From contig OX597823.1 in the NCBI GenBank assembly GCA_951406725.2, positions 82,894,001 through 82,958,000 on the forward strand: a DNA stretch of 64,000 nucleotides. The letters are read 5' to 3'. The notes under the pieces were generated by a model. The model was not told where the DNA came from. It saw only the letters and a program-made list of their open reading frames with translations, and did no database searches. Below, piece by piece: positions 40,300 through 53,452 of the stretch. Position numbers and translations under genes: made by a program. Every line of letters starts with the position of its first letter. Position 1 is the stretch's first letter. The DNA is from Octopus vulgaris. Taxonomy: Eukaryota.

Positions 40300-40762
40300 G
40301 CCTTCCTGCGAGAGAATTAAAATAAAATAACCTCGCAGAGGGGTAAAACAAGCACGAAAAAAATGTAACACAAACAGGACGTAACAATAAAACTGCACAA
40401 TAAAATACAAGATAAAAATACATGTACAAGAAAATACAAAACGAGAAATAAAATACAATACGAGAAATCAAAATAGACAAGAAAACAAACGAGAAAAACA
40501 AACGAAAAGCCTTTGTTCTGGCTGGGACGGAAGAGGTTCTGGCAAGCGCATGGAAACATGACTTTACGGTTTGAAAGCAGCGTACAAAAGGATTAGCAGT
40601 GACGAAAGTAAGGAGGAGTGAGAGAGAGATAGAGATAGATAGAGGAAGACACGCGGCTGAGAGAGAGATGAGGAAGAGGGAGAGAGAGAGGGGAAGGTAA
40701 AGCAAAGGGAGAGAATTTCGCGTCATAATTATATAAAACAATACTGGGAGGATAAGAAATGG

Positions 40763-40800
<38 letters not shown>

Positions 40801-40873
40801 CTATATATATCTATCTATATATATCTATATATATCTATATATATATATGTATATATCTATATATATCTATTTA

Positions 40874-40919
<46 letters not shown>

Positions 40920-41350
40920 TATAGGATAAATTTTTTTTTTCGGGAAAAAAATTTTATCAATGGCCAGCATATCAAAAAATGCCTTTAAAGGTAAAATTTA
41001 TACATAATTTACAAGATAAGGGCAGAAGAAAAATTCTAATGCCAGATATGCCGAAGCAAAAAATTGTTGATAACCATTATGATTTATGCGTCTCGAAACA
41101 AACCGATAGAAATCTATAAAAAATTCGTTATTACCGTATTGGTCCAATTTCGGGGTTAATTCATAAGAAATTTTCCCCCCTTCAGCGGCAAATACGCGAG
41201 ATATAAATGAAATACTTACTCATACCCATGGAAAAAGCAAACACTAAGTCCTGAGCAAACTTAAGTACCCCAAATATATCCAAAATAGAAAATCTTCGGC
41301 GCACCTGTTACAGCGTGGCTCAAGGGCCGAGAGTGTCAGGCATAGACACA
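40920..41350 (-). mobile_element. Non-coding pLTR/retrozyme-like element between microsatellite tracts
   Basis: ~430-bp unique segment flanked by TA-rich microsatellites, carrying the hammerhead at 41131-41191. Confidence 0.6.
41131..41191 (-). ncRNA. Type I hammerhead-like motif (A9 to G)
   Basis: Minus strand TTGCCG-CTGAAGG-GGGG...CCCC-GAAA-TTGGACCAA-TA-CGGTAA; all three stems pair. Confidence 0.75.
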
Positions 41351-41369
41351 TATCACCCCCCTCACACAC

Positions 41370-41454
<85 letters not shown>

Positions 41455-41457
41455 TAT

Positions 41458-41491
<34 letters not shown>

Positions 41492-41519
41492 TTTTGTGTG
41501 TGTGTGCTTATGTGTGTAA

Positions 41520-42780
41520 GCCGTTTAAAAGTCCAAAAGTCAGTGAAAGATGCACTCGTATATCTGTCAGTAGAGCGGGTCTATTAATCGAATTGTGCAG
41601 TATTATATATCCATTACGGCTGATCTTACCAATGGGTTTCGTAGAACGGGTTCAACGGAGTGTTAGGTAACAATCCGATTAAGTAACTCTGCACTCTTCA
41701 GGGGTAGCCTTTATGGAATGTAATATAGTGACTGCTCTCTATTGTTGGAGTTAAATATACACATCTTGCTTGTCGTTGCTACGAAAAAGTTGATGAAACG
41801 AGTCGAACAGGAGTTATTTCCTGTGGTATGAAAAACTTCATCTCTGGGAGTCATTTATTTTTTTTTTTGCCAGTCGGCGAGAGTTTTTTGGAAAATAGTT
41901 TACATGTGTGTCTTTGAGTTTGGTATTCTTGTGGAAATGGAATGTGTGCAGTGGTAATACATGCAGGCTTTTGTATTCGTCAGTGTTCTCTTTCTTTTAT
42001 GTTTTGGTTATATTCTTGGGGCATTTATGTATGCTTGCCGTACGTGTAGGGATACAATATATGTGGGAGCTTATATTGGTGCTGGGTGAAAAAAATCTGT
42101 TGGGTGGCTGTCCACCGTGCTGGGGTGTGTGTGTGTTTGTTTGTGGGTGCGTTTTTTTTTTGTATGTTCTGGTCAAAATCTTTGCCGGACTCTCAAGTAT
42201 TGGCAGAGAGCTAAAGTTGGGAGACTGATGATTATAGTCATGATGTGGCACGTAGGTATGATAACATGTTCTCTCTTTCATGTGGGCAAGGATTAAAAAA
42301 TTTCCTTCTGCTGTTTAACTAGATGTATGGGTGCTGGGAGCGCTTTAAAATCGCTCTTCTTGCTGCTATTGAAATACGCTTTACATTTCTCTAGAATCCT
42401 CCACTTTACGCTGTACTCGGTGGTAGTTCTGTCAACGACTACACGTGCTTAGCCAGAGTTGTGGCGTTACTTCTCTCCGGGATGTTGAAGGAGGATCTGT
42501 GGTTGTTATAGCGCGTTTTGAAGTTTGCACATTTAGTTTTACTACTGTCGTGTCTGCTTCATATACAACGGACTCCTAATTACGGTGTCCGTTCAGTGAA
42601 CATGTGTTACCCCTACATGAGCCAACATCTTGCATCTTTTGCAGGCGTGGGTCTACCTACTAAAATTCTTTTTGCATTCAGTGCAGACTAAAGGAAATTC
42701 TCAGGGTGTGCCAATTAAATATTTTGCTGGACCTATTTGTACTGGGGAAGTGTTTGTCTACTAAACTAAGGAAAATGGTA
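41520..42780 (-). mobile_element. Decayed Penelope-like element (same endonuclease type as 39206)
   Basis: Minus-strand peptides SCRGNTCSLNG, SVVYEA, FKTRYNNHRSSF, TTLAKHV, VKWRILEKCKAY, LNSRRKFFNPCPH; hammerhead-like motif downstream. Confidence 0.8.
41618..41709 (-). ncRNA. Degenerate type I hammerhead in PLE pLTR
   Basis: Minus strand GGCTACCC-CTGAAGA-GTGCAGAG...TTCTAC-GAAA-CCCATTGG-TA-AGATCAGCC; core intact, stem I imperfect. Confidence 0.55.
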
Positions 42781-42914
42781 GTGGTGGTGGTGGTTATGAT
42801 GATGATGAGAATGTGAAAATTTGTGACATCAAGCCACAAATTTCAATCGGCATCAATCTAGGACAGATTAATTGAAAACTCGACCTGGTTTGTTCTACAA
42901 TGGTCATTCTCGTC

Positions 42915-43170
42915 GTTATCATCACCATCATCATCATCATCTTCATCATCGCCATCATATTCATCATCATTTCTATTGTCGGCATCATTATGATCATCAT
43001 CATAGTCAAGTCATCCTCATTGTAGTCAACATCGTCGTTATCATCATCATCGTCATCGTCGTCGTCGTAGTCAACATCATCGTTGTCATCGTCATCATCA
43101 TAGCCGTTGTCGTTATTATCATCAGCATCATCATCATTATCATCATTTCTATAAGCATCATCATGCCATC

Positions 43171-43215
<45 letters not shown>

Positions 43216-43250
43216 GTCATTATCATCATCATCATCATCATCATCATAGT
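42915..43250. repeat. Degenerate (CAT/CGT)n trinucleotide repeat
   Basis: Directly visible; gives the poly-H/I/S/D ORFs. Confidence 0.93.
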
Positions 43251-43423
43251 GATCACCGTCAAACATCATCACCCTCATCACAAAACCTCCGTTCTCTGTC
43301 GCCTTCGTTTTAACGTCTTTACTGCAGATGTTTCTTTCTCCTCTCTCACATCTTCGATAGAATATCGATTTTCCTTTCGTCAACCGAATTTATCAATCAA
43401 CACGTGTTTCAGTTATGTGTGGG

Positions 43424-43457
<34 letters not shown>

Positions 43458-43789
43458 ACAGAGAGAGAGATGGAAACTGAAAGACAAACGGAAAGAAAGA
43501 GAGAGAGAGAGAGCATGTGCATATTGTATGTAGAGGATATATATGAAGGAGAGAGGGGATCCAAGTGAAAGAGAGAGAAGGAATCTACAGCGCACGTTGG
43601 AGGAACGAGGAACTGATGTCGCTAGAGAGACGATTTAACGGCCTGACCCTACAGTTAATGTGCGCTTGTGTTAGTTAACGTGACTTTTTCGTCATTGCCT
43701 CTCTGCTCTGTACCCATCATGATAGAGTATTATTTTACTAGTTTCTCTTCTATGCTGTTTCTTTAATAGTTTACAGTTCGATCTTTCAG

Positions 43790-43851
<62 letters not shown>

Positions 43852-44271
43852 ATGTGTGTGTGTGTGTAAGTGTGTAATTTATGTGTGTATGTATGTGTGT
43901 ATATATATCCTCGTTCTGTTGCATTTTTCCATATTGCGAATGTATCTTTCCATAGTAATTTTCCAATTATTTCTCAGCAAAATGCTTGGCAGAAATATCT
44001 ATGGCTTTGCAGATATAACTGCGTTCATAGAATTGCGCATTTTATGAATGCAACTGTTACATATATTATACCTGTTTCAGATGTTTACGTACGCACATGC
44101 ACATATATTTATCTGTCTGAGTAACTGAAATCCATACACATGCAGGCATGTGTATGTATGCATGTATATATGTATGTATATGTGTATATATGTATATGCA
44201 TGTATCTATATACTCATATATATATACATACATACATACATACATAAATACATACATACATGCATACATAC

Positions 44272-44790
44272 ATGAGCTGTGGCTATGCTGGGGCATCGCC
44301 ATTTGCTGGGCCACTGCCATTTATATATATATATATAACTTAAATAACGTAGATATGGTTCGATCAAAGGTTGGTACAAGCCATGTCTAACTTAATAGCA
44401 CCACCTGATAGGATTATCTAAATCCTTTTAAGTCAAGTTTTGTGGTAGCGTGGCCCATTCGAGTCGGGAGTTCTTGTTGAGTGAGTTGTATCCAGGTGTC
44501 GGTGTCTTATCTGATATTCCTCGAAGAAATTTATTCAGATTCCGTTTAAAGCTGATGGGATCGTTTTCCTCTTTGATCTGTCTCGGGACAATGTTAAGTA
44601 GGGCAGGGCCTGTTGAGGAAAAGAAATTGTGTTGCAGTGTATTTATATATATATGAAGAAGGGCATTCCTCGATAAAACAAAAATATACTGTTGTGATTA
44701 GTTTTCAGACAGTTTCCAACAGATTAGATTCCTGGTATCCTCCTGCAGCTAAGAGAAGATAAAAGTCTTCTTCGCTCTTACCACGAAATA
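44272..44790 (-). mobile_element. CR1-group LINE 3' remnant, related to 14493-16290
   Basis: Minus strand TLQHNFFSSTGPALLNIVPRQIKEENDPISFKRNLNKFLRGISDKTPTPGY (cf. GPQLFNIL..FKMKLDPFLSGIPDEPT) and tail AAATGGCGATGCCCCAGCATAGCCACAGCT. Confidence 0.75.
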
Positions 44791-44812
44791 TATTTCTTTC
44801 TTGGTGAAAGTA

Positions 44813-44875
44813 CAGTAATCACTCATCACATCGCGGTTCGGCTATCACGATTCACCTATCGCGGTTTATTATTTA
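44813..44875. mobile_element. One end of the pogo/Tigger-like MITE family seen at 47519
   Basis: TA-CAGTAATC...CACCTATCGCGGTTTATTATTTA matches the reverse complement of ~47689-47737. Confidence 0.6.
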
Positions 44876-44884
44876 TCGTGTGAG

Positions 44885-45658
44885 GCTCACACAAAATTAT
44901 CAAGAGCAAAATGTAACCCAAATCACTGAAAAATATTAACCAGCGCAAGACTATATCCATTAACAACAGAACCAAAAGTTAAAAAACTGTGGTCGACGTT
45001 ACTGTGGTAACATTTGGAGGGTTCAGAATTCCACTTTAAACAAGGTGAGATATTTAAGATTAAATCAAATTTCACCTGTGCCTCGGAAAAGTTTATCTTT
45101 GCCATTACATGCTTAGGGTGTGGTCATAATTATATTGGCTAAACAGGAATATCACTCCGTCGAAGAAGCACTCTCCACAAAGAACAAATCCGCCACCCAC
45201 AGTACAGACAGATACAGGCTAGTGAACATATAAAAAGGTGTGCTAGGAATCTTAATCCTAATTTCCTAATTTTCCCCTTCTATCAATGTTCAGAGAACAC
45301 CTCAGTACAACAAAGAATAAATAAAGAGGCAACTTTCATCAATAAATATCTTCCACAACTCAATGTAAAACACATAACATAATACAGAACACTACTAACC
45401 TTTCAATTAATATCACTAACCCCCATACATCCCATATACCATTCACATTACAGAACTAAATCTACCCTAATTGCACCAAATCCAGAACTACTTACCTCCC
45501 TTACACATAATCGTTTTACTCAGGGACTAGTAGACCTGACACTGTTCATTAATCGATGTACATTCAAAACAATGATTAGTAAATTCACGAAACTGGTATG
45601 CTTTTGAATTCACAATAATTATTTCTATTACTTTTATTCCTACCTCAGTTCATCCAAT

Positions 45659-45660
<2 letters not shown>
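44885..45660 (+). mobile_element. Penelope-like element (Neptune-type) GIY-YIG remnant, relative of 13615-14475
   Basis: EGSEFHFKQGEIFKIKSNFTCASEKFIFAITCLGCGHNYIG*TGISLRRRSTLHKEQIRHPQYR...FLIFPFYQC...INKEATFINKYLPQLN. Confidence 0.88.
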
Positions 45661-45707
<47 letters not shown>

Positions 45708-45736
45708 GTATATATATATGTATGTATGTATTTATG

Positions 45737-46135
45737 GGTATGTTATAAGAAGCTTGCTTTCTAAGCACAATGTTTTGGTTACAGTCCCTATGCGTGATAC
45801 GTTGCGCAGGTGTCTTCTACTATAACCTCGGGCCAACCAAAACTTTGTAAGTGGGTTTGGTGTGTGTTTGAGTGTGTGTGTGAATGTGTGTGTCTGTGTG
45901 TGTCTGTGTGTGTGTGCGTGGGTTATTTATGTTTGCATGTGTGATTGTTTGCGTCTGTGTTTTCCCCACCAGTGTTTGGCCACCGGTGCTAGCGTGTTTA
46001 CGTCACCGTAACTTAACGGTTCAGCAAAAGAGGCAAATAGAATAAGTACCTGGCTTTAAAAAGATGCTAGTACAGGAGTAGATTGGTTGGTGCCCCTGCA
46101 TGGCCGCATTCTAATGACGAAAATATGTAAAAGAT
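45737..46135 (+). mobile_element. SINE family B, diverged
   Basis: AAGAAGCTTGCTTTC...GTCTTCTACTATAACCTCGGGCC...TG repeat...CGTAACTTAACGGTTCAGCAAAAGAG...GCATGGCCGCATTCTAATGAC. Confidence 0.75.
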
Positions 46136-46197
46136 TAAATATACATACATACATAAATGCATGCATGTATGTAAGTATATATGGATGGATGGCTGCA

Positions 46198-46423
46198 TGT
46201 TGATGCTGAAATTCCTATCACGTAGCCTTGGATCTAAGTTGGAAACCGGCCCTTTCTCTATTGGCAAGAAATCTTGAAATAAACTGAATAACGACATATG
46301 TATGTATATATGTATGTCGTTATAGAGAAAGAGCCGGTTTCTAACCTAGATCCAAGGCTCCGTGATAGGAATTTCAGCATCAACAACAGGGTACATTTTT
46401 ATGTATGTATGTATGTATGTATG

Positions 46424-46454
<31 letters not shown>

Positions 46455-46833
46455 GTATGTATGTAAGTATGTATGTATGTATGTATGTATGTATGTATGT
46501 ATGTATGTATGTATGTATGTATGTATGTATGTATGTATGTATGTATGTGTAGATTGTATGTTTTATGTATGAATTCTTATGCATGCAGTTGCATATCTAG
46601 ACATGCTCATATATATTTACATGATAAACTTCTGGAAAGTTTTACAAATTCTTACAGTTCCAGTGATGGACTGGAATAGCTCTCTCCTTTCTGGTTTGGA
46701 GAAGCCTAATTTCTCAAGATTGGCATTTAGGCAGTGTGTTACATATCTCAGGGCCCCAATAATTACAGGTATAAACCTGAAGTTGTAATCTGGATTGGGT
46801 AACTGCAGATTTTTCAATAGTTCAGCATAGCTA
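46198..46833 (-). mobile_element. 3' fragment of an RLE-type (R4/NeSL-like) LINE with inverted duplicate of its terminus
   Basis: ORF 46617-46817: LKNLQL..PDYNFRFIPVIIGALRYV...LEKLGF...SITGTVRI, matching the restriction-like endonuclease C-terminus (PvvIGaLG). 46198-46261 and 46322-46385 are inverted repeats. Confidence 0.75.
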
Positions 46834-47518
46834 TGTTTGTATGTATTTACGTATTATGTATGTACGTATGTACGTACGTACGTGCACATGTATGTATGCG
46901 TGAATGTATACACATCTTTTACTTCTTTTGTAAAGGAGCTTTCTGCATTCACCTGCCACGGAATGAATCTGGAACTAAATTCTTTAATCTGTGAACACAG
47001 ACATGTCAGCTCTCAATTTCACGCACGTACATGTAACGTAATATCTGTATGATTATATAATCTTCTAGTTCCGTATGTGTTCTTTGAAGACGTTTCAGAC
47101 ATTCGTGTCTTTTTATAAAGTTTATTCTTGTGTCTTCTGTGCCAGTCATTTTTATATGCATTTAGTGCGAAGTCGTGATATTGGGAAATGAAATGAAAAT
47201 TAGACGTAAAAACACGTGTTTGGAGCTAAAAACAGACTTAATAACCACATACAAAATTCACGTAGCAGTAATGCAAATACATTCTTACAAACTACCAACA
47301 TAACAAATTCTACATAAATAAAGTGCGATGGCTTGTTCGCTGCACTCTGTATGCACACACACACACACACACACACACAAATATGTGTGTATACATATAT
47401 ACATATATATATGTGTGTGTCTGTGTGTGCCTGTGTAGGTAGGCATGTATGCATGTAATATATATATATGTCTGATATATATATATATATATAATTGTGT
47501 GTGTATATATGTTATATA

Positions 47519-47737
47519 CAGTAATGCTTCGACTATCGCGGGTGTTACGTTCGAAAACCCGCCACAATAGGTGAAAATCTGCGAAGTAGAAACATATTGT
47601 ACTGTATTTTTTTTATTATATTTATAATTTGTATATATTTATTTTATTATAAATGCAAAACAACACCGCAGGGGAATCGACGTAAGCTTAAATAATAAAC
47701 CGCGATAGGTAAACCACGTTATCACGAGGGATTACTG
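47519..47737. mobile_element. pogo/Tigger-like MITE
   Basis: Imperfect TIRs CAGTAATGCTTCG / CGAGGGATTACTG with TA on both sides; 219 bp, non-coding. Confidence 0.8.
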
Positions 47738-47738
47738 T

Positions 47739-47825
<87 letters not shown>

Positions 47826-49326
47826 TATGCATACACGTGGATTAACTGTACAGGCATTACAAACTGCCACTCATAAGTGAATAGAAATGGACACTACACT
47901 AGAAGCAGCGGTAAATTAAAAGCACCGACACGAAACTCATTAAAATTATGATTACACGGATACACATATATTTGTATATATATGCTCACACACACAGACA
48001 CACACATATTATATATGTATATGTATGCATGTATTTATGCATAGAAAAAAATCAGAATGAGATGACATGGGAGATGACGAAAGGAAAAGGACGAGTGAAA
48101 ATGGAAAGCCTCTCATCGGTCATGAGGCCCAGAACCAATGTAGTTTCGGTGCGCTGAAGACTAGAAACTTATTCCTACGACGCTATTCCTCTAAACATGA
48201 CGTATTTTTGTCCCAGTGTACTATAATATTACTTGTACGCTATATACGCAATCTTAAGAAATTAGTCGGCTTATTATACAACAAGCACAGAAGAAAAAAT
48301 TATAATGTAGAGACACAAAGTACAGCGAACAAGGATTTTATTCTAAATATTTTTGACCAATAAAAAATACACAGTCCCGAAAACCACTCTACTGAATTAT
48401 GGTCATAAATAAAGTAATCAACGTCTGTTATGTGGTTTAGAATGTCGACAGTAGTAAAAGGAAGTGTCTGGAAAAAATAATTATTGTCTAGAAACAATAA
48501 AACAGAAGAATATCATCTAACACTTGGTTAATAAATAAGAATACAGAGAATCGCCAAGAGTTACTACAGAGTCAGAAGGCTTGCTTGTAGTCAAACAATC
48601 TACAGGAAATAACAATCAAATATCATTCTAATCACACCGAACCACCTTGAATATGGAAAATCTACATTTACTCTCTCTCTCTCATACCCTTAAATTGGAA
48701 TAATAACAGCTGGAGTGCCTTTGAACATATATCCGATCGATAAGGCGACCAACCTAGGGCTAAAAAACAAAAATAACAGGCAGAAGGGAAAAGATTTGTA
48801 ATGATTATAAAATGCCACTTTTTGGAATAAGTCCAGAATATTAACAATGCATGTCATAATGCATTACATTGGACAATATGAATTAGTAACGTAATAAAAT
48901 TCTGATAATTTATTTATTCCTTTTAAAGAGTGTCAAAAGAGGTGTTAAACTTGAAAGAATTAACTCCCCTTGTTACTAATTATGACTTCACAGTCTCCTG
49001 TTCCAGACGTCAAACAACAAATAACGAACGTGAAATACTCAGACGGTAATATTCGTTAAAATAGATATTTAAAATTAGTATCACTATAGCTTGATATGTG
49101 GGTTGTTTGAATAAGGAAAATTTCATAGAATGAGAATTCTTTAGAAGAAGCCTGTTACTGATTTAGCTAATAATTGTTATTTCCAAACCGTAGGCATTTT
49201 AACGTATGTCTGAACGTATAGCTACTTATGTAGACTGTTTCAGCGAAAAGAGTATATCTAAAGACAAAATTAGTATATTTTCAGATTATGCAACAGAAGT
49301 CTCATCTTCATAATGTAAACAGACCT

Positions 49327-49725
49327 GACTGTATGTTAAGAAGCTCGCTTCCCAACCAAATGGTTCCGTGTTCGGTCTCACTTAGTGTCTTACACTATAG
49401 CCTCGGACTGACCGAAGCCTTCCGAGTGGATTTGGTTGACGAAAACTGAAAGAAGCCCGTTGCATATATATACGTATGTATATAATAAATGTGTGCGTGT
49501 GTGTGTGTGTGTGCGTGTGTGTTTGCATCTTGTTTCCCCTCCCCCACTTCTTGACCAACTAGTGTTGACGTGTTCACGTTCTCGTAACCTAGCGGTTGGG
49601 CAAAAGAATCCGACAGAATAGATACCGGACTTTGAAAAATAAGTATTGGAATCGATTCGCTCGACTAAAAATTCTTCAAAGCAATGCTCCAGCATGGCCG
49701 CAGCCTAATGACTGAATGAAGTAGA
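49327..49725 (+). mobile_element. SINE family B
   Basis: AAGAAGCTCGCTTCCCAACC...GACGAAAACTGAAAGAAGCCCG, internal repeat, tail GCTCCAGCATGGCCGCAGCCTAATGACTGAA. Confidence 0.82.
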
Positions 49726-52174
49726 AGACTACGACTGACACCATATATTTTGTATTGGTGTGTTGTTTCAACGACAGTAGTTACGATTTTATCGTTCTCA
49801 TATCGGCTTCTACAACACTTTCGATTCGCATGGCTCTGACGCATATTGTTTAGCACCAGACGTCATTAAATAGATTTTTCCCGGATGATACACTACAACT
49901 CTGTGTTTAAACAACAAACGTACGCTAAGTATGTGGTATCGTTAATATATTTTATTTAGATAGCTGAAAGATTTGGATATTAACATACATATATTAATAA
50001 TACATTAGGAAATATAGTTCCAGATTCTCCTATATCAAAGTTATATCATAGAAAATATTTAAACTCAGGTCTGCTCAATAAGGTTGGCATACTGTTAAAT
50101 AACGAGTTGTATTTAACTGGACAGAGATGTTAATAATTAAGCGTGCGTCATGAACACTTAATTAAAAATAATTAAACGTGCGTCATAGTGCATGTGTTGA
50201 ATGATAGCCCAGTAAACTATCGACCAGAAACTCATTCGCTGAAATATAGTATGACGGAGCCTCTTATAAGGCAAAAAGTCCTATAACTTATTGGGTCATA
50301 ATGACACTACTTTAAAATATTGTCTTTTTGCAAGTGCGTATGTTTGTCTGCTGCAGTATAGCCTGATGGTACTCGTATCTATCTGATCGATATTGATGGC
50401 AACTGCAAAATAATAAAACGTTTGTTAGTTTTACAATACAAAGATCGACCTCGACTTTCATCGTTCTTTCATATATAATAATTCAGAAAAGAATTTGATT
50501 CAATCAATCGTACCTCAGCTACCAACAGAAAGAAAACAAAAATCCTTTATTTTACGTTTACTAAAAGAAAATATACATTTAGTATTTTAAAGGAGATGTC
50601 CCGACAATATTTCCAGGTTGACTGAAACTGAGAACAGCACCCAATCCTGTATTTTTGAAATTGTTGCTGCATTATTGTCTTGTCTATCTCTAAATATTAA
50701 GCGCCTTATACCGAGATAAAGACGGACTGAGTCGATTGAATCAAACCAAACACATTACTTACTGAAATTACGAGGTCTCCATTTTACATAATTTAATCAG
50801 ACAAGGGTTAGTGAAGCTCACGATTTCTGCAAGCCCCACCAAAGTAATGAGACTGTAATGAGGCAAAGTAGTGCGACAAAGTAATGACCCGCTGCTCTGT
50901 CCAAACGTTTGAAGAGTAAAAACATGTGTAGTAAGTGAACCGGGAATTTGATTTGAATTCTTCTCAACAGAATAAACCAGGATAAATATAACTAAGGATC
51001 AAATAGCTAAGTTAAACTGAACAATGCACTCAGTCCACTGTCAGATATAATGACTAAATGGATAAAATGCTGGTACATTAGCTGACTAGTCAGAGATACA
51101 CGGCAGGTCACACTTACAGTGTTCTCTAGGAATATTTGGCACACACTATCTGAGGAAGTAAAAATAAAGAACTGATAGTGCAGCGCTTCTTTAGTTCTTT
51201 GTTGCCCTTATAGTCAAATCATGCAGGACTTCGCGGTCGAAATATATTTGAGAGTGCAAAAAATGAGCCATCTGAAAACAAGGATAAAATACATATGCAC
51301 CAACATTTACTGCATTTTGAACTCAGAAAGCAAATGACGTTACTACGACAAAACCAATTATTCGGGAATGCTACAATTTGAAATGCATCAACGACGTTAC
51401 GCTTAAATAGATATTAATTTTATATCAATGATTTTCTCAATAAACATATTTTATGTTCAAATATTCCCACAAGTCAACTACAATATTTTATTATAGAAAT
51501 AAACTATAAATTTTATGTAAAACAAATGTGTATACATTTAGACATAATTATATTTTAGTAATAAATATAATAATTATGTTTTAAGCGTTGAGAGAAAAGC
51601 TTTTCATCTATATAATAGCACATTGTTATTTTATTTCTATGTTGGTTTCAGGTATTGAATTACAATCATGCTGGAACACAATTTTCAAGGGTCTTCTGTT
51701 AGTCGATGATATCGACCGCAGTAATTTTTTACTCGATCTCCAAGATGCATTTGTGATACAAGTCCAAACATTGCTTCAGAACAGTAAACATAAATATAGG
51801 CCTGTACAAACAGCCATATTTATACACACACGTGTGCATCCCCATCTCACAAATATATTTGTTACATGCTGGATGATTGCGAACTTTCGGTTTTACAACT
51901 TTGATTCATAAGCCATTGGTCAACTTAAAGCAACAGTAGAACAGAATTTCTCAAGCTGGCAAGCAATACGATGCAGTCCAGAAGTGCGTAGTTACGAAGC
52001 ATATCTCTATAACAACACATCAGTTCATGCGCTTATCTGTTCTGTGTTTAAATAATTTAATATGTTGGATGTGTTTTCTGTATTCATACAATGAAACTGA
52101 TAACGTTGTGTTAGAAAGTAAGGAAAAAAAGTGTCAATCTCTTTATTTTTTTAGTTAGTGTGTACAGATATAAT

Positions 52175-52362
52175 ATTGGTTGTCTCAAGTTTTAGTATAA
52201 GGCGAGCAGGTTTGCGGGAGGGGTACATCGGCCCCCCAGTGTTCAACTAGTATTTATATTATCGACCCCGAAAGGCTGGAAGATAAGGTCGGCCTCGGCG
52301 GAATTTGAACGAAGAACGTAAATACAAAGGATGTGCCGTTAAGCATTTTGCCAGCCCGCCGC
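52175..52362 (-). mobile_element. SINE family A, diverged
   Basis: ATCGACCCCGAAAGGCTGGAAGATAAGGTCGGCCTCGGCGGAATTTGAAC. Confidence 0.72.
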
Positions 52363-53452
52363 ATCATACAGAGATAATATAACAGTGACGACATGCGGAG
52401 AGAATGGATTTTGAAGTTAGCGGGAATAAAGAGTGAAAGGAAGGAAATATAGGAGGTAAGGTGAGGAAGCAACAGAGATGACTAAAATAGGAAAGTGAGT
52501 TATAGTCATGGTGTTTAGGAAGCTTGTTTGGCATCCATGTGGTTTTGGGTTCACTCCCGCTGTGCAACACATTTGGATTCTCTCTCCTATTATAGCCCAG
52601 GACAGACCAATACCTTATGAATGCATATGGTAGAGGGAAACTGTGTTGAAATCAGTTGGATAGCTAGCTAGCTAGATAGCTAGATAGATAGCTAGATAGA
52701 TAGATAGATATGTATGTAGGTTTTGAGTGCTGGGAGGTAGAAATAATTAGGTTGGTACAATAGGAGTGACGGAACAATAGGAGTGACGGAACCTTGGTCT
52801 TCGCAAATGCATTCCTCTAGGAAAGACTAGCTCGGATATAAAACCAGTTGCTCTTCTGAGCAAGGAATCTCGCATTTTGTTTCTGTCTAGCCTTTTTGGT
52901 ATTGCAAGTGCGAGTTATTGTGGTGCTGTGCAAATGACTCTCGACTTACAACCCTTGCACGGACATTGCTGACGCTTCTGTCAGCGATGGTCATGCTCGT
53001 CTAATGAGTCTAATGAGTAGAAAACCATCATCACCATCATCTTCATTTATGTATGTATGTAAGTATTTTTTTGTGATTGATGTGTTTCTCTCCTCACCAC
53101 AGCCGCTTGATAACCGGTGTGGGAGTACTTACGTTCGCGTGTGTCAACAGCAAGCGTATCCGATCGAATAAGTACCAGACTTTTAAAAAATTCCTCGGGT
53201 CGAATTGTTCAACGAAAACCCTTCATGGCCGTAGTTCAATGACAAATTCAAGTAAAATATAACAGATGGAATCCCACACTTGGTATATATGTGTGTTGTT
53301 GCTGTTGTTTCATCCAAGGTCAAAATTTGTCCAGAAGAGCTTCAATGAAATACAGTTGTAAATGCTCCGACTATTTTTCTTTTTTTTTCTTTTTATTTTT
53401 AGCATTAGGAATCTAAGATTACAAATACATGTCCTTCATGTGTGTAAGGGTG

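Noticed and set aside
42872-43383. Poly-His/Ser/Asp ORFs
   Set aside because: Degenerate (CAT)n microsatellite with no flanking coding signal.
52757-52790. 17-bp tandem duplication ACAATAGGAGTGACGGA
   Set aside because: Ordinary slippage duplication within an old repeat; no further structure.
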